From NCBI GenBank assembly GCA_951406725.2, contig OX597820.1, positions 70,680,001 to 70,744,000 of the forward strand: a stretch of DNA of 64,000 nt, given 5' to 3'. Shown here piece by piece: positions 1-13,523 of this stretch (positions are counted from its first letter, which is position 1; each line of letters opens with the position of its first letter). The translations under genes and the position numbers were made by a program. Below the pieces are notes generated by a model. The model did no database searches, was not told where the DNA came from, and saw only the letters and a list, made by a program, of their open reading frames with translations. The stretch comes from Octopus vulgaris (lineage: Eukaryota).

Positions 1-210
1 AGTGTGCTTGTGTATGTTTGTGTATCTGTGGTTGTCCCACCCCATCATTGCTTGACAACCGATGTTGGTATGTTCACGTCCCCGTAACTTAGCGGTTCGG
101 CAAAAGTGACCGGCAGAATAAGGCTTACAAAGAAAAGTCCTGGGTTGGATTTGCTCGACTAAAGGCGGTGATCCAGCATGGCCGCAGTTAAATAACTGAA
201 ACAAATAAAA
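1..210 (+). mobile_element. SINE family A, 3' half
   Basis: Carries the body and tail shared by many copies: gcttgacaaccgatg...cttagcggttcggcaaaag...ccagcatggccgcagt...actgaaacaa. Confidence 0.85.
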
Positions 211-597
211 TAGGCGCAGGTGTTGCTGTGTGGTAAGAAACCTGCTTCCCAACCATATGGTTCGGAGTTCAGTTCTACTGGTCACCCGGGTCACCCAAAG
301 CCTTGTGGTAGTTGGAAACTAAAGGAAGCATATGGTATATATGTGTGAGTATGTATGTGTGTATGTGTGTGAGCGTGTGTTTGTGTCTGTGTTTATCAGC
401 CCCATCATCGTTTGTCAACCAGTATTGGTGTGTTTATATCCCCGTCACTTAGCGGTTCAGTAGAGGACCGATAGACTAAGTACAAGGCTTTAAAAAAATA
501 AGTACTGAGATCGATAGATTCGGTTAAAAATTCTTCACAGTAGGACTCCAGCATGGCCGCAGTTTAATGCCTGAAACAAGTAAAAGAGTAAAAAGAT
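211..597 (+). mobile_element. SINE family A (tRNA-derived head, internal (TG)n, gtaaaaga tail)
   Basis: Head aggcgcagg...gctgtgtggtaag...ggttc with A/B-box-like motifs; same body as 53945-54360. Confidence 0.85.
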
Positions 598-2147
598 TGT
601 GAAAGCCGGTTGGAAGACGTTTCAATTTGGGTACGACAGATTTAACTCGTCTAATACCTCTATTTGACCCTTGAATACATTTAATGGAATCTATTCTGTT
701 GTAAACATTTGAACCAGAATTTTTATCTGAAGATAACTTCATCTCTTTGCATACCACTCTGGAAAACACTTAAAAGAGTCGGGAGCGCTGCTGTTCCCAT
801 TCTCACTGGTCATGTGAAAAGTTTTTGAAAATTTAGAAATTATTGCAGTATTTCTTTCTAGTTGAACTATAATTTTACTAAGAAGATACCAGGCTAGATT
901 TATGAAATTAAACAAATATTTTGAAAATATAATCTTCGATATTTCTCAAAGATTTGCTATCGCCTATGTATGTTTAGCAGCTCAGTTTACAGTCTTTTAA
1001 ATTTTTTAAAAGATTCTCTTAGCATTAGTAGAACGCAGGCAATATATGACATTTAAATCAATTTCCGGATTGCTTCCTAACACAACTAAAGATGGAGTGA
1101 AGATTGCATTTAAATGATGAAGATTCAATCAAAATATATAATGTGTTGAATGATTGCTAAATAATATTCCGATATGTTTTTACGAAATAAATTACACAGT
1201 TACCAAGTTTCATGCTACAAACTGTAAAGTTTCAATGTCATACTTCTTTTGTCAATCCCTTTCTCTCTTTGTTCCTCTCCTATCTATCTATCTATATATC
1301 TATCTATCTATCTATCTATCTATCTACATATATACGCACCATCTGCTTTCTCTCATTCTCCTTTCATTTTCTTTTCTCTTTTTCTTATCTTTGAATGAAT
1401 TCTTGCTGTTCTCTCTTATCCATGAACAATTTCCCCAAACCCGTCCACTTCACATTTGCTCTACTTTAGATCAATTTTTCATCCCAGATGTTGACTGCAC
1501 AAACTTGGTACTATTAAGTCGCTATACAATGACGTGTATGGAACACAGATTACAACATATTTCATTGGGTTCGTGACAAACTTACATTATAAATACTCGT
1601 TTGCTTTACATTTAAAAAAATTTAGTTGATCCACTTCCTTTTGAGAACATTTATCTAATAATCTCCTATTGTTCCATCAAGTCATAATTTAACATATTAC
1701 ACAAAGAACTTAATTATTATTTCATCCTTTAACAAAATCCTATTATATAAGATTTTGCTTTTTGTACATTTTCATCAAGTTATTGTTATGCAAAAGCTAT
1801 TTGTCCGACTGTTAAATTTATATACGGCCTCCAATGAAACCGTTCCAGATTTATTTATTGATCCAGAAAGAAAGAAAAATTGCACTTAACCTCGTGAAGG
1901 CTCATTTGTGTTAGAAAGAACAACACGTAGCTTGCTGTTAGAAAGATTAATGTTAAGTTTGACGTATTGTGGGATTCCACTCATGGAAATATAATGTGAG
2001 GAAGAGACTTCCAGAACGACCTAGGGCAGCATAAATTATCTTCTATGAAGTCAATATAAAAATTAAGTGAAAATGACATGAATATTAAGTAACAATAACA
2101 ATCTTCTAGAACTTTCATATATCCTAATGAATATTACATATTTGTAC

Positions 2148-2365
2148 AGGGCAGCAAGCTGGCAGAATCATTTGCACGCCAAGTAAAATCCTAAACAGCG
2201 TTTCGTCTGTCTTTGTGTTTTGAGTTCAAATTCCGCAGAGATCGACTTCACCTTTCATCCATCCTGTCGGAGTTGGTAAAAGAAACACCAGTTGAACACT
2301 GAGGTTGATGTAATCGACTTACCACTTCTCCTATTGCTGGCCTTGAGCCGAAATTTGAAATCAAT
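2148..2365 (+). mobile_element. SINE family B, diverged
   Basis: ggcagcaagctggcagaatc...gagttcaaattccg...gacttcacctttcatcc, matching 33121-33500. Confidence 0.75.
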
Positions 2366-3476
2366 ATTTCATATTTGCATATCATTCATCACTTTCTCTC
2401 TTTCTATCTCTCTCTTCGTCACACTCTCTTATAACCATTTGCCACATAATCTTTGTTACTGACGTTATTGTTACTTAGCTCCAGACTAACCTTACCAGGG
2501 CACATCTACTATGGAAGATGCTCTAGCTGTTATCCTTTCGTCTTTGAAATAGCGTTTACTGTAACATTATCTAACGGTTCTTTGTTGTGGCTTTAAGTCA
2601 CTGGGCTATAATTTGAAGGAGATGCTGCTGCGATTTCTGTATCATTGTATGACAACATTAAGGGAAAATCTGTTCTGTTGGTTTTTGTAACGTTATCGTA
2701 GCAATGTAATTGTTAAAGCTGTGAAAAACATCTACGTCATGAACATGTCTTACAGAATTTGCCTCCCTTCTACGATACTCTCATCAAAAGAAGAAACAAA
2801 TATTAGTATACTGGTCCCGTCGCTAGAAGGTGGTAAGGGTTCGCACCCCTGCTCGCAGTATGTCGGATGCAGGTGTGCATGGTTAAACAGCTAGAGGAAA
2901 TGTCCTCTTGGGGTTAAAAAACGCAGTAACGTCCGTTGAAACGGAACAGTCATGTCGAAGTGGTGACAAACATTACTTGCCAATATTAGTATCTTACATA
3001 AGTACAAGCCTCATTTTTTTACAGATAGGGTATTTTATGAGATTTATTGATTTGACGCAAGAAAAAATCGTTCCAATCGACAATCTTGTAGGATTTCAAC
3101 TATAATCGACATCAGTACATCTGCTAAGCTAGTACGTGTTCTAACGGTCCTTTTTGCCGAACAACTAGTTAATGAGGAAATAAACAAAACAACACTAGTT
3201 ATCAAGTTATGTGGGGGGAGCAAATTCAAGCAAAAATGGACACGTACAAATATATATATATATATATAGCGGAGAAACGTACACTTTGTTCTCTTATATG
3301 TAAGTATGTGTATATATATATATATATATATATAATCGATATGGTCGTCTGTCTGTCGTAGGTCGACGTCGATCGTTCTATTCGCATATTCGCAGGCTTG
3401 CATGTGGGCTACAAGGCCTACTCTTGATCTGCAGCAACAGCGATATATATATATATATATATATACATACATACAT

Positions 3477-3536
<60 letters not shown>

Positions 3537-3651
3537 GCCTGCTCGCTTAGCCAGCGGGGTGGCGTCATTTGAAGGCTAAAACAATACGAAGCGCATTGTG
3601 ACCAACGATGTGTAACAACATCTGATGGCCTGGTCGGTCACGGTGATCACG

Positions 3652-3679
<28 letters not shown>

Positions 3680-3685
<6 letters not shown>

Positions 3686-4080
3686 AAATTAAGGATAAAA
3701 TCTTTATAAGAAATTATCAGTAGTTAGCGTGAAAAACCTCGTAAGAGAAAAAATCTGTAAATTTTTCCACTTTGAAAGTATTTATTTATATTATATAGAG
3801 GGTACTATTATTCATAGGTACCGCACGCTAGGAGGGTCTCTTGCAGTCAAAACTACTAAAATAAACAAATTGTACCGAATGCAAAACTTCAAAGCAAGTC
3901 ACTTAAAAACAGAATTTAGTTACATATCACTTGTGATTTCGCAATCAATGCAGAATATGCATTCTATGCTCTTCAGTGCAACGAACTCAAGACATGAGGG
4001 AAAAAACACAATATAGCATACCCGACAGCCAACCGTAGAATTCGTCGTAGCATGTACGAATGTTTATCTTTACATATCTA
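3680..4080 (-). mobile_element. Penelope-like pLTR unit abutting (TA)n
   Basis: Contains a hammerhead motif and ends (minus sense) in (TA)n at ~3655-3680; terminal motifs resemble units at 13.1, 23.4, 39.5 and 43.5 kb; inner boundary uncertain. Confidence 0.6.
3919..3982 (-). ncRNA. Type I hammerhead ribozyme
   Basis: Minus strand: gttgca-CTGAAGA-gca...tgc-GAAA-tcacaagtga-TA-tgtaac; stems I and III fully pair (one G-U), AUA triplet. Confidence 0.8.
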
Positions 4081-4933
4081 TGAAAATGGCGGGCTTATTC
4101 GAATCGATCCCAGGAATTTCTTTTAAAGCTTCGCATTTGTTCAATCGATCTCTTTCGTTGAACCGCTACATACGGAGCCGTAAACACACTAACACTGTTG
4201 TCAACCTGTTGGGGCGGGCAAACACACACACACACGCTCGCTTATATATATGTTTTATATGTACGACGAACATCTTTCAGAATCCAGACCTGAGGATTGA
4301 GAGTATGACGACCCGATTAAGTATTGAAACTAGATACCTTGTATCTAATCAATACCGACGAACTTTCATGAAACACGTGTAGTCTTATAAACGGAAAATA
4401 CAGGATTCAGAATAGATATAGTTAGTATATGGAGTGGTCGGGTATAAAATCTTTCAGTGCTGATTGAGTGGAAGGTGGTTCTGTCTCTAAAACTACTTTT
4501 ATATGTATATATGATATATATGTGTGTGTGTGTGTGGATGGATGGAAGGATTGATGAAGTACGTGTATGTATATGATACAATACAAAGGTGTAAGTGACT
4601 ATGTTGTAGTTGTACAAAGAAGCTTTTAGACACTTTATAGTATACAATATTTTGGGTAAATAAACCATCGGTGAATATAACAATAAGTGCGTTTGCTGAA
4701 TGGTTTGCATTTACTTTACCCGATATATTTATTTCAGTTCCAACGACAAAATCTCTGATCGAGTAATTTCGCAAACCATATATATAAAAGTCATTACATT
4801 TATTACGTCAGGTGAAACGTTAAGCAGTTCTCTTGTGACTATCGCTCACTGGGCAGAAAAAAAATTGTAATGTAGAGGTGAATAAAAAAAATAAACGATA
4901 TAATGTACATATATATTTTCTCTTTTTATATAA

Positions 4934-4934
<1 letters not shown>

Positions 4935-5028
<94 letters not shown>

Positions 5029-5083
5029 CATTATTATTATTATTATCATAATCATCATCATCCTCATCATCATCATTATTATT
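4935..5083. repeat. (TTA)n/(TCA)n microsatellite
   Basis: Seen directly. Confidence 0.97.
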
Positions 5084-5084
5084 A

Positions 5085-6880
5085 TATGAAACCTCACAGC
5101 TTATTTTGCTGGGTATGATGGAAAGTATCAACTGACAAAGCCAGCAGACTAAGGTGACACTAGTTTTCTGTCTTGCTGGAAGTTGGGTCAGCAGTTTTGA
5201 TTTTATAATGCTGACACATTATCCAGTGTAGATATTGGCCAACTCTGTCATGTCTTGATTTGTACTCTTCGGGTGCTGAAACCTTACATCCAGAGATTTA
5301 GTGAACCACTGTTTCTATCCCATCGTTGTAGTATCGGCACTTTGGGTCTACACCAGTTTTCATCACATTGGCTTGAGAGTTCCGGGTCAATAAGCTCTGA
5401 TCTTGGGTAGCCAAGATAAAGCCTTTAATCCTGAGCTCCGTAGCCATTGATGGGTGTGCTTCTGGTCTACATCAGCTTGTTTGCAACGGGCTACATATTT
5501 GCCATGCAGAGGTTTTTGTTCCCACCTATCAGCCAATTGTTCAAACGTATTTTGCTTTGTTATTGATTTCACCTCCTTTGCAACCATAGTTGCTGCACTT
5601 CCATCATGCTGTTCAACCTGGATATTATGCATTAACTCACTTGAAAATATTTTGCTCCCCTTCATAACAGAATATAGCTTCTTACGTCCTTCATGGTTTT
5701 CAACGAGCTTTAGCATCCAGTCGTTTAGATATTTCAAGATATTTTGCCAGTCCAATCGTGGAGGTTTTGTAGATTTCGAATTGGATCAAACCTCGACCTC
5801 CTTGAGCTCTGGGTAGGTAAAGCCAATATGCATCTGCCTTTGGGTGGTACATCTTATTGTAAGTCAACAGCTTACGGATTTTCCTTTCAATCTTTCTTAT
5901 TTCTCTCATATTCCAGTTCAACACATTGAAACTGTAAATAATAACCGGAACTGCTAAGACATGTATAGCTAACACCTTGTTACGTGCATTTAACTCGGAT
6001 TTTAGGACTGCTTGAACTCTCCTGTAACACTCCTTGATCTACTCTTTATACTTGCAACCTGAATGTCAGAGCCTTCATTTATTCCGTCGTATTTGTAAGT
6101 TTGTTCCTGCTCAAGTTCTTTTATGACTGTATCAACATCCAGCTCCACTGAATGTGAGATCTTCAGTTTCGCTTTCTGGAAATTTGCCTTGGCACATTTA
6201 TCAAGACTAAATTCCATCCCAATATCATCACTGAATGCTTTCACAGTACATAGTCGTCCCTCAAGCTCATTATCGTCTTTGCCATAGAGTTTTATGTCAT
6301 CCATATAAAATAGATGACTTATTTTCTTGTCGCCAATTTTATATCCATTCCCTATTCTGTCAAGTTTATTTGTAAGGGGCATTAGGGCTATACAGAAAAT
6401 TAAAGGTGATAGTGAGTCACATTGGAAAATATCGCAGATGATATTAATGTTTTTTGTGGTCAGTACTCCATTAGTGTAGTATAGTTGGAGATTCGTATTC
6501 CACATTGACATGTTATGCTTCAGGAAGTTTGAAATAACAGAAGAAATTATGAAGATATCCAGCGATTTCAAGACCTATGAATGTGGTATGCTGTCGAAGG
6601 CCTTTTTATAATCTATCCATGCAGAATTGAGATTTCTACGTCTGTTATGACAGTTCTCAGGGATCATAAGATTGATTAAGAGTTCGTCTTTGCATCCATA
6701 TGAACCTCGTCGGCACCCTTTTAGTTCAGTGGGGAAATTTTCATTCTGTTCCATAAATTTGTATTTTCTCCACTAGGATGGGTGTTAAAAATTTTATACG
6801 CGGTAGATAAACATGTTATGGGCTGATAGGTTTGGGGAAATTTGGTTTCATTATATTCCATTTTGTCAACTGGGTCCATT
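5085..6880 (-). mobile_element. R4/Dong-like non-LTR retrotransposon, decayed RT region
   Basis: RT motifs across frameshifted ORFs: IDYKKAFDSIPH, IFQCDSLSPLIF, SHLFYMDDIKLY, IGMEFSLDKCAK, LYLPRAQGGRGL, WEQKPLHGKY, RHDRVGQYLHW; 3' end next to (TAA)n. Confidence 0.88.
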
Positions 6881-7452
6881 AGGCCGTCTGATAAACCTTT
6901 TAGATATTTCTCCGTTGTGACGAAGAGAAAATATATAATGATTTAGGCAGGGCCTTTCACATCATTTCATTAAGCATTATTTGTTTAAATATCTAAGTAT
7001 CTCTTATATCCTTGTATTGAATAAATAATATAACGAAGCAGTGGGAAAGAAAGTATATACACGACGCACTACTATTATTATTACACGAGATTCAACGCTC
7101 TATATCAAAGGCTCACAGTGACTGCTTACCAGCCCGAACTGCCAATGGCACACTGTTCTTTGTTTTATAACAATGAATCAGTCCACTTTTTAGTCGAAAT
7201 CCTTCCACAACGCTAACTTAACTAATTTAAAGATACCACTACAATATGTAAATTTGGGTTAAGTTTGTCACTGACTTTAAACGTAACATTATAGAATGTT
7301 GTGATAGACAATGAAAAAAATGGTTTAGTCGTTTAGTCCAGTGTTGATGGTGGAATCACAAAATATACACATGCCGTTGAGTTGAAATATTTTAAACGTC
7401 CTTAATTGTATAGTTCTTGTATTCATCTGAAGAAAACAGCTTTTTATAATGA

Positions 7453-8045
7453 TACTAGACTGCCCGTGACCCGTTGTGTCCTTACTAGTTCAAGGTACCC
7501 GAAAAAATGGCCCATCTCAGAAATCCGTTGTCCGATTTACGCGAAGCTTGTGTCATTCCGTCTATATTCGCATTTCAATGGTACCTTGCTTTCAGAGCAT
7601 TTTCCCACTATGTGCTGGTTTGGTTATTCATAGAAGCACCCGAACAAACCACGTATTTCGGTAACCCGTGGTCCGATTTACGCAAAGCTCGTTTTATTCA
7701 TGATGCCTCCTGCTTTTGTCTCTTTCCTTCTGTTTCGCCAGACGTACATCTCTCCGAGCGTCCGATTCCTGATATCTCCTGCTTCTGTCTCTTCCTCTCT
7801 GTTCCGCCAGACGCTCAGCCCTTGCTTTATCAGTCTCATCGATCCTTCTATTCGCATGCCTGTCCTGGTCTTGCGTAAATATTTCGTAAATGCCCCTTTC
7901 GTACTTCGGTGTGAAATATTTTTTCCACACGATTTTTCGAGTGCATTCAACGTATCTCACCCCCAAACGCGCCGCCAGCGACAGTTTTCCGGAAAAGAAA
8001 GGGGTAGAGGAGTGGTGGGAACATCGGAGTTTCCCAGGGGCTAAT
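7453..8045 (+). mobile_element. Dispersed repeat with internal direct repeats, possibly Helitron/Helentron-derived
   Basis: Starts atactag...cccg; internal duplications (ccgatttacgc x2; tcctgctt...cgccagacg x2); shares ttcgagtgcattcaacgtatctcac with ~18317-18342. Confidence 0.45.
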
Positions 8046-8279
8046 GATTTACTTAGTTAGGTTCAATTAATTGCATACTTAACATAAATATCTTTTTGCC
8101 TGTACTTTGGTACCAATGTTTATATTTGTCTATAGTTGCTGTGTATGGATTTTAATTCTGACTCAGTCCGGTGCCTTACCATTTAAGTGCCATATATATA
8201 TATAAATACACGCGAGCGTGCGCACACATAAATACACACAAACACACACATTCACACACACACGCACACACATACATAT

Positions 8280-8486
8280 ACAAGGAGATGCTGAAAAGTT
8301 CCTGGCAAAAGCCTGGTTGGTAGCCCAACCTTCCGAATTCTTCTATAAATATTAGAAAAAACTGAAGAACCATTGCCAATAAGTGTGTGAATCTGAGAGG
8401 GGAATATGTTTAATAAAATCATAATCAACTGATCCTCCTGTATTTTCTTTTACACGAAGGCAGGAACTTTTCAACTCCCCATCGTA
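8280..8486. mobile_element. mariner-derived MITE
   Basis: TIRs ggagatgctgaaaagttcctg / caggaacttttcaactcccc; related copy at 40525-40757 and internal fragment at ~32740-32850. Confidence 0.7.
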
Positions 8487-8855
8487 TGTGTGTCTGTGCA
8501 AGACACTACCTCAGTAAAGCTGGACTCATGAGTCATCTTCGTAGTCATAAAACGAGACAGATGAGTGACAACCTGGCCACTGATGGTGGTGTAACACACC
8601 ATACTAATCATATCTGTCGGGCATGTGGAAGAGAGTGTAATTCGGCAGGAGGACTTAAACGGCATGCAAAGGTACATGAAGCCCAGTTACAACTACAGCC
8701 GGCCATTACCAGTAAAGGTTTTAGTTGCCAATTTTGTACAAGACATTGTAGATCTTTAGCTGGGCTAAAAAGTCACATTCGATAACAGCACCAGTAACAG
8801 TTAAGCTTCGTGCAATGGCCATAATCGATAACGAGGGGGCAGCCATAATGATGCA
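8486..8855 (+). mobile_element. RTE-type LINE 3' fragment with three C2H2-like fingers
   Basis: CxxCxRxCxSxxGLxxHxxxH-like repeats (SKAGLMSHLRSH, SAGGLKRHAKVH, SLAGLKSHIR*), then a short 3' UTR and (ATGT)n tail. Confidence 0.65.
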
Positions 8856-8882
8856 TGCATGTATTTATGTATGTATGTATGT

Positions 8883-9432
8883 CAGGTCACTTTTCGAGTG
8901 CTACTGGTAACATGTAACCCAGTACAACCTGTTGCATGGTCGGGTCGTCTGTGACTAAACCGGCAACCGCACCAAGCTTGCTTGGTGAGAGGGTGTTTAT
9001 TGGACACCCTGTGGGATGAAAAACAAAACCCGTCAAAGGGCGCAGGAACTCTTGAGAGTCAACGGCCATCCATTAAATGTCTTAAGGATGTATCATACGC
9101 GGGGACATAGAAATAATCGGACTGAATACCCGATCGCGCAGTTAAACCATTGGGAGTGAAGGACTCCTAGCCTTTGTTATGGCATCCTTCTAGGAGAAGG
9201 TAACTCAGGTAACTGGGATAACTCAGACATAAAACCTGCGGCTCAGTGGTTACCGATGATGTTGACTTGTTCTTCTTTTCGGATTATGACTGCTGTTGCT
9301 TAGTGAGTGGGATTGATTCAGTGCACAACCTTTCCTCACTTAAAAAAAAAATCTTGCACAGGTATTGCACGATAACAACATTGATTAAGCTTCGAGCAAT
9401 GGCCATACTCGACAACGAGGGGGCAGCCACCA
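8883..9432 (+). mobile_element. Putative bipartite non-autonomous RTE (5' UTR-like part plus RTE 3' end)
   Basis: The last ~60 bp (9371-9432) match the 3' UTR at 8781-8850; no ORF; (TATG)n on both sides. Confidence 0.55.
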
Positions 9433-9539
9433 TGCATGTATGTATGTATGCATGTATGTATGTATGTATGTATGTATGTATGTATGTATGTACGTACATA
9501 TGTATGCATGTATGTACGTGTATGTAAATGTAAATATGT

Positions 9540-10140
9540 TTATTAGACCGAGAGCCAGTCCTGATTTAATTAGACTTGAAGCTCCAAAATACTGGCAAGG
9601 CACAATATGTGTACAAATGGTCCTAATACCATGAAACGTGATGCTTAGGTATGGATTAATTAATTAATTATGAGATAATCAACTTGCGCAAATAACTAAT
9701 TTAATTAGACTTTAAGCTCCAGTAAAGAATTACATCGAATATTACTCCGTAGACACAAGTGATACTCAAAAGAAAACTTAAGAAAAAAAACGGGATGGGT
9801 ATGGAAAAACAAATCAAGAAGTTTTAATTAGACACTTAATTAGGAATTAATTAGACTTTCTGCTCCAGCGTCAATTACTTCGCATAATTGTTCACTAAAC
9901 CCAACTGAATCTATTCATGTCACTTAAGAACCATTTTAGGTATGGATTTATAATTGAAGAAGCATTTTCTACTAATCACTATACACTAATTAAGAAGAAA
10001 TATACAGAAACACTGTTTTCGAGCTACATGATGAATGCAACATAGAAACATGACTTAGACCCAGTTAACATGAAAGGAAGAAATTAAGAATCATCTCAGG
10101 CATTGGAAGACAATAAGAAACCTTTTAATTAGACCCTACT
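9540..10140. repeat. Dispersed short repeats ttaattagac(tt..gctcc), probable subterminal region of the adjacent transposon
   Basis: Motif at ~9566, 9701, 9823, 9847 and 10124. Confidence 0.55.
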
Positions 10141-10143
10141 GAC

Positions 10144-11930
10144 TTGGTGAAGACTTTCTACCGGAATGTTTATGGTGGTTTTGGCAAGCAAACCCCCAGT
10201 ACAATTTGTCATGCTGATGTTGCTAGTCAGGATGCCTTGTTTGTCGCTACGCATGGAGCAATCAAACCCCGCAAACACATCGCAATGGGTATGGGTATGA
10301 AATCTATGACAGGCAGCAGAATGGTGATCACCCTCTTGAACTGTTATGGCTACGGCATCAAATATCACTGCGCAGAGGAACTAGAGACTGAGTTGGCCTT
10401 TGCCCACAATGAGAAGCAGACCATCATCCCTGAGGATGTACAACTAAACCGAGTAATGGGGAATGCCTACGATAATTATGACGAACTCACCTACACTCTA
10501 TCAGGTGCAAATTCCTTACACGATACGACGGGCATCCTTTACCAAAACGAAGATGAAACAGATCAAGGGCGGTGTGATGCGTCAGAACGTATAGTCCCGA
10601 CTCCTTGGGAGAAACCACAGAAAATGAGAAAGTTGGATACAGACGAGCCTGTACTTCTGTCCTACAGGAAGACACCAAGTGTGAAATCGTTTTGTTACAG
10701 TAAGACAAACGTGTGGAACAGGTCCATTGCGACACTGCTGAAAGCTCGCAAGGCAGATTACGTGTTCATGATGAGCCACGCCTTCAAAATAGATGGAACA
10801 CCAATGTGGGGTGCATTCAATGCCAGGTATCACACGGACACAATTCCAAGACAGAAGATCTTCTACATGCCTAACATCAGTCATTCCCCGACCAGTTTGG
10901 ATGTTGTGGCTGAAACTCTACAACTGACACAGAAGTGCGCTCTGAAACGCAACCAACAATAGCGAAACCTGTCATCAGAATCCAAGACACCGAAAGTCAG
11001 AACTTCGACAACGTATTCAGAATGTTCGGCCAGTTTCATCTCCAGATGTGCAATTTCAAGGCAATTGGCAAACTATTGGCCGAGTCAGGTGGCCCAAGAA
11101 TCCTCATAAAGTGCGACAACGTACTTGCTCTTGGATCGTTGAAGGGATTCGAGTCTGGCATTCATTTCAACATATGTAAGCGGCTGCATCCAATCATGGC
11201 TCTCACATTCGAGTGTCTTCACTTCAAAGCATTCCTTCAAAGATATGAAACTGACGACGTTACTTCCGATCTGTTGGTTAAAGTCATCGCTGATTGCATA
11301 AAATTTTCGGAAGAGACAAAGGACGGAGCTCGAGGACCTACCGCTCAATTCTGGATGGATTACATCGAAAGAATGCACGATTATCATGTACTCGATCGTG
11401 ACATCAGAACAAACGACGTTGACTTGTTCATAGACGCTCTCACGCCGATCATCTCTCTGCTGTTCGCAACCGACCGACAGAACTACGTGAGGTATATGAC
11501 GAAGTACCACCTAGATCTTATGAACATAGACGAGATACACCCTGGATTAAGAGGCTTGCTTGATCGTGGTGGGTTCACTGTTTGTAGAACCAGTAATTCG
11601 TTCTCAAGGTATCCTATCGATCTAACACTGGAACAGACAATCAATGCTGATGCTGCTTCTCGGCAACTATACAGCCAGACTCCGCTGGATGTTCACCAAC
11701 TCATCTCGGGCTTTTATTGTTACTGATCTGATGGAGATGGCAGGGATGGGCACCACAGAATCAACTGCAGCTGAGCAGCGACCGGCAAGAGTCAAGCGAA
11801 ACCGATCTGATTTTGAAAAAGTGATCGCGCAGATAGAAAAATCTGTAACCCTTTCAGCGATACGAACATGACTCACCTGATCAACATACATACGGGAAAG
11901 GCATGCAGTGAAAATGCACGTTAAACAGTA
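10144..11930 (+). pseudogene. Degenerate DNA-transposase-like ORF (CMC/Chapaev- or KDZ-like; class uncertain)
   Basis: Three consecutive frameshifted ORFs (272, 263, 75 aa) in a GC-richer island; motifs YMPNISHSPTSLDVVAETL, IAK..IQ..E...FDNVF.MFGQFH, NICKRLHP, TAQFWMDYI, IDLTLEQTINADA recall a widespread invertebrate transposase family. Confidence 0.65.
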
Positions 11931-12971
11931 TCTACTTGTTGATACAACGACATATTAGAAGTTGCAAAGCGACCCATTAACTCGCTGGTCCTGTACCATG
12001 TTCCGCTGGATGCCTAAAAACAAGTAGATAATAAAGAGTTAAGATTTGTTATCAGAAAAGTGAACTGCTGGACTAAATAGTGTTAAACATGTGAATATAT
12101 TTGCATCAAATCAACTCCACAACACTAAATAAAACAGTGTCGTTTTAAATAATAAATTTGTTCAATTGATATGGAGATGTCTCAGGAAAGATATCAAATC
12201 AACCAATTTATAAAAGGTCGGTTTCTTATGAATAGCTTCTTATTACACTCTTACGTAAGCTATCACTTAAAATAGCTTGCTTCAATCTGTTTCGAGTGTA
12301 TTACCATACATATCAGTTTCTATAGAAAAACACGAATATCAGTAACAAGCGAATTATTGATTGTTGGAATCTAGTTGATAAAAGGAAAGCTTATATGGAC
12401 GTAGGAACCTTAATACTACAGCAACTAAAGGTTTATCTCGTTATCACGCTAACACAAAACTGTGATGGAGTTTTCCGAAAATACCCTTAAACCATAAGTT
12501 ATTAAGCTTGTTTATTGTATCTAATGCATAGAAATTTACTTATACGTGGCTGTATTCTACACTTACAGAGCTATAAAAATACAAAATCCACTGTCATCCG
12601 GCAGTCTTCGAGCAAGTGATACAAATGAACATTTAGAATCCAAGCCGCATGTGTGTGCGTGCAGGGGAGGAGCTGTGTCTGTGTGTGTGTGTGTATACAT
12701 ATATATATATATAGGGAATAGGTTTGCTTTTGGATATATTAAAGCTACGATGGCTTCACTGAATATTAGTCACCCCGAAGATATAGTAGAAAACAGTTGC
12801 CCTAGATATCACGCAGTGGAACTGAACTCGAGACCACGTGATTTCAAAGCGAACTCATGCACGAGTATGTACATGTCTGTATATGTATGTGCGCATATGT
12901 GTATATATGTATATATATATATATATATATATACACATACACATACATAGATACTTACGTACGTACATACA

Positions 12972-13044
<73 letters not shown>

Positions 13045-13303
13045 TTAAAATGAGGGTGAGAAATTAGATATTAATTTAATTAACATCGATTTCACATCAG
13101 TGGTCTAGCATATAAAAGTACTGAAGGTTCAGTAAAAATTATATTATATACATATTAGAGGGAAACCACTATGTGGACACCTTTATGCTAGAAATAGATC
13201 CGCTATGGTCTTACCACAAAGAAATGTTCTCAAGAAAAATTTTGCAAAACAACCAAAACGTAATCAAGCAAGACAAAAGAAAATGCAATAAAAATATGGA
13301 GTA

Positions 13304-13376
13304 TTAGCATACATGTTTCACTATTAACATATTACGTAATTTTACTTACATAAATGTCCGTAGATCATCGGTGCGA
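13304..13376 (-). ncRNA. Hammerhead-like motif (CCGAUGA core variant)
   Basis: tcgca-CCGATGA-tcta...tagt-GAAA-catg-TA-tgc; palindromic stem III ACATGT. Confidence 0.6.
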
Positions 13377-13523
13377 CAATCCAGTTTTTCCGGTAATTTA
13401 GCGCAACCAAAACGAGGACATTTGAAATAGTAACCACGAGTGTAATGAGTAGAACTGTTAACAAATTTGACTTTGTGCGGACGTCCTAGTATGCAGTCCT
13501 GCAAATTATATTCATCTGGACGG

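Noticed and set aside
524-769. 81-aa ORF
   Set aside because: Its C-terminal part lies in a SINE tail and the rest has no recognisable homology
4750-4830. Hammerhead-like fragments (ctgatcga / gaaacgtt)
   Set aside because: Core and stems do not fit on either strand
8486-8785. Host C2H2 zinc-finger gene (a family expanded in octopus)
   Set aside because: Lacks TGEKP linkers; the finger type and the following 3' UTR and tail fit an RTE LINE terminus
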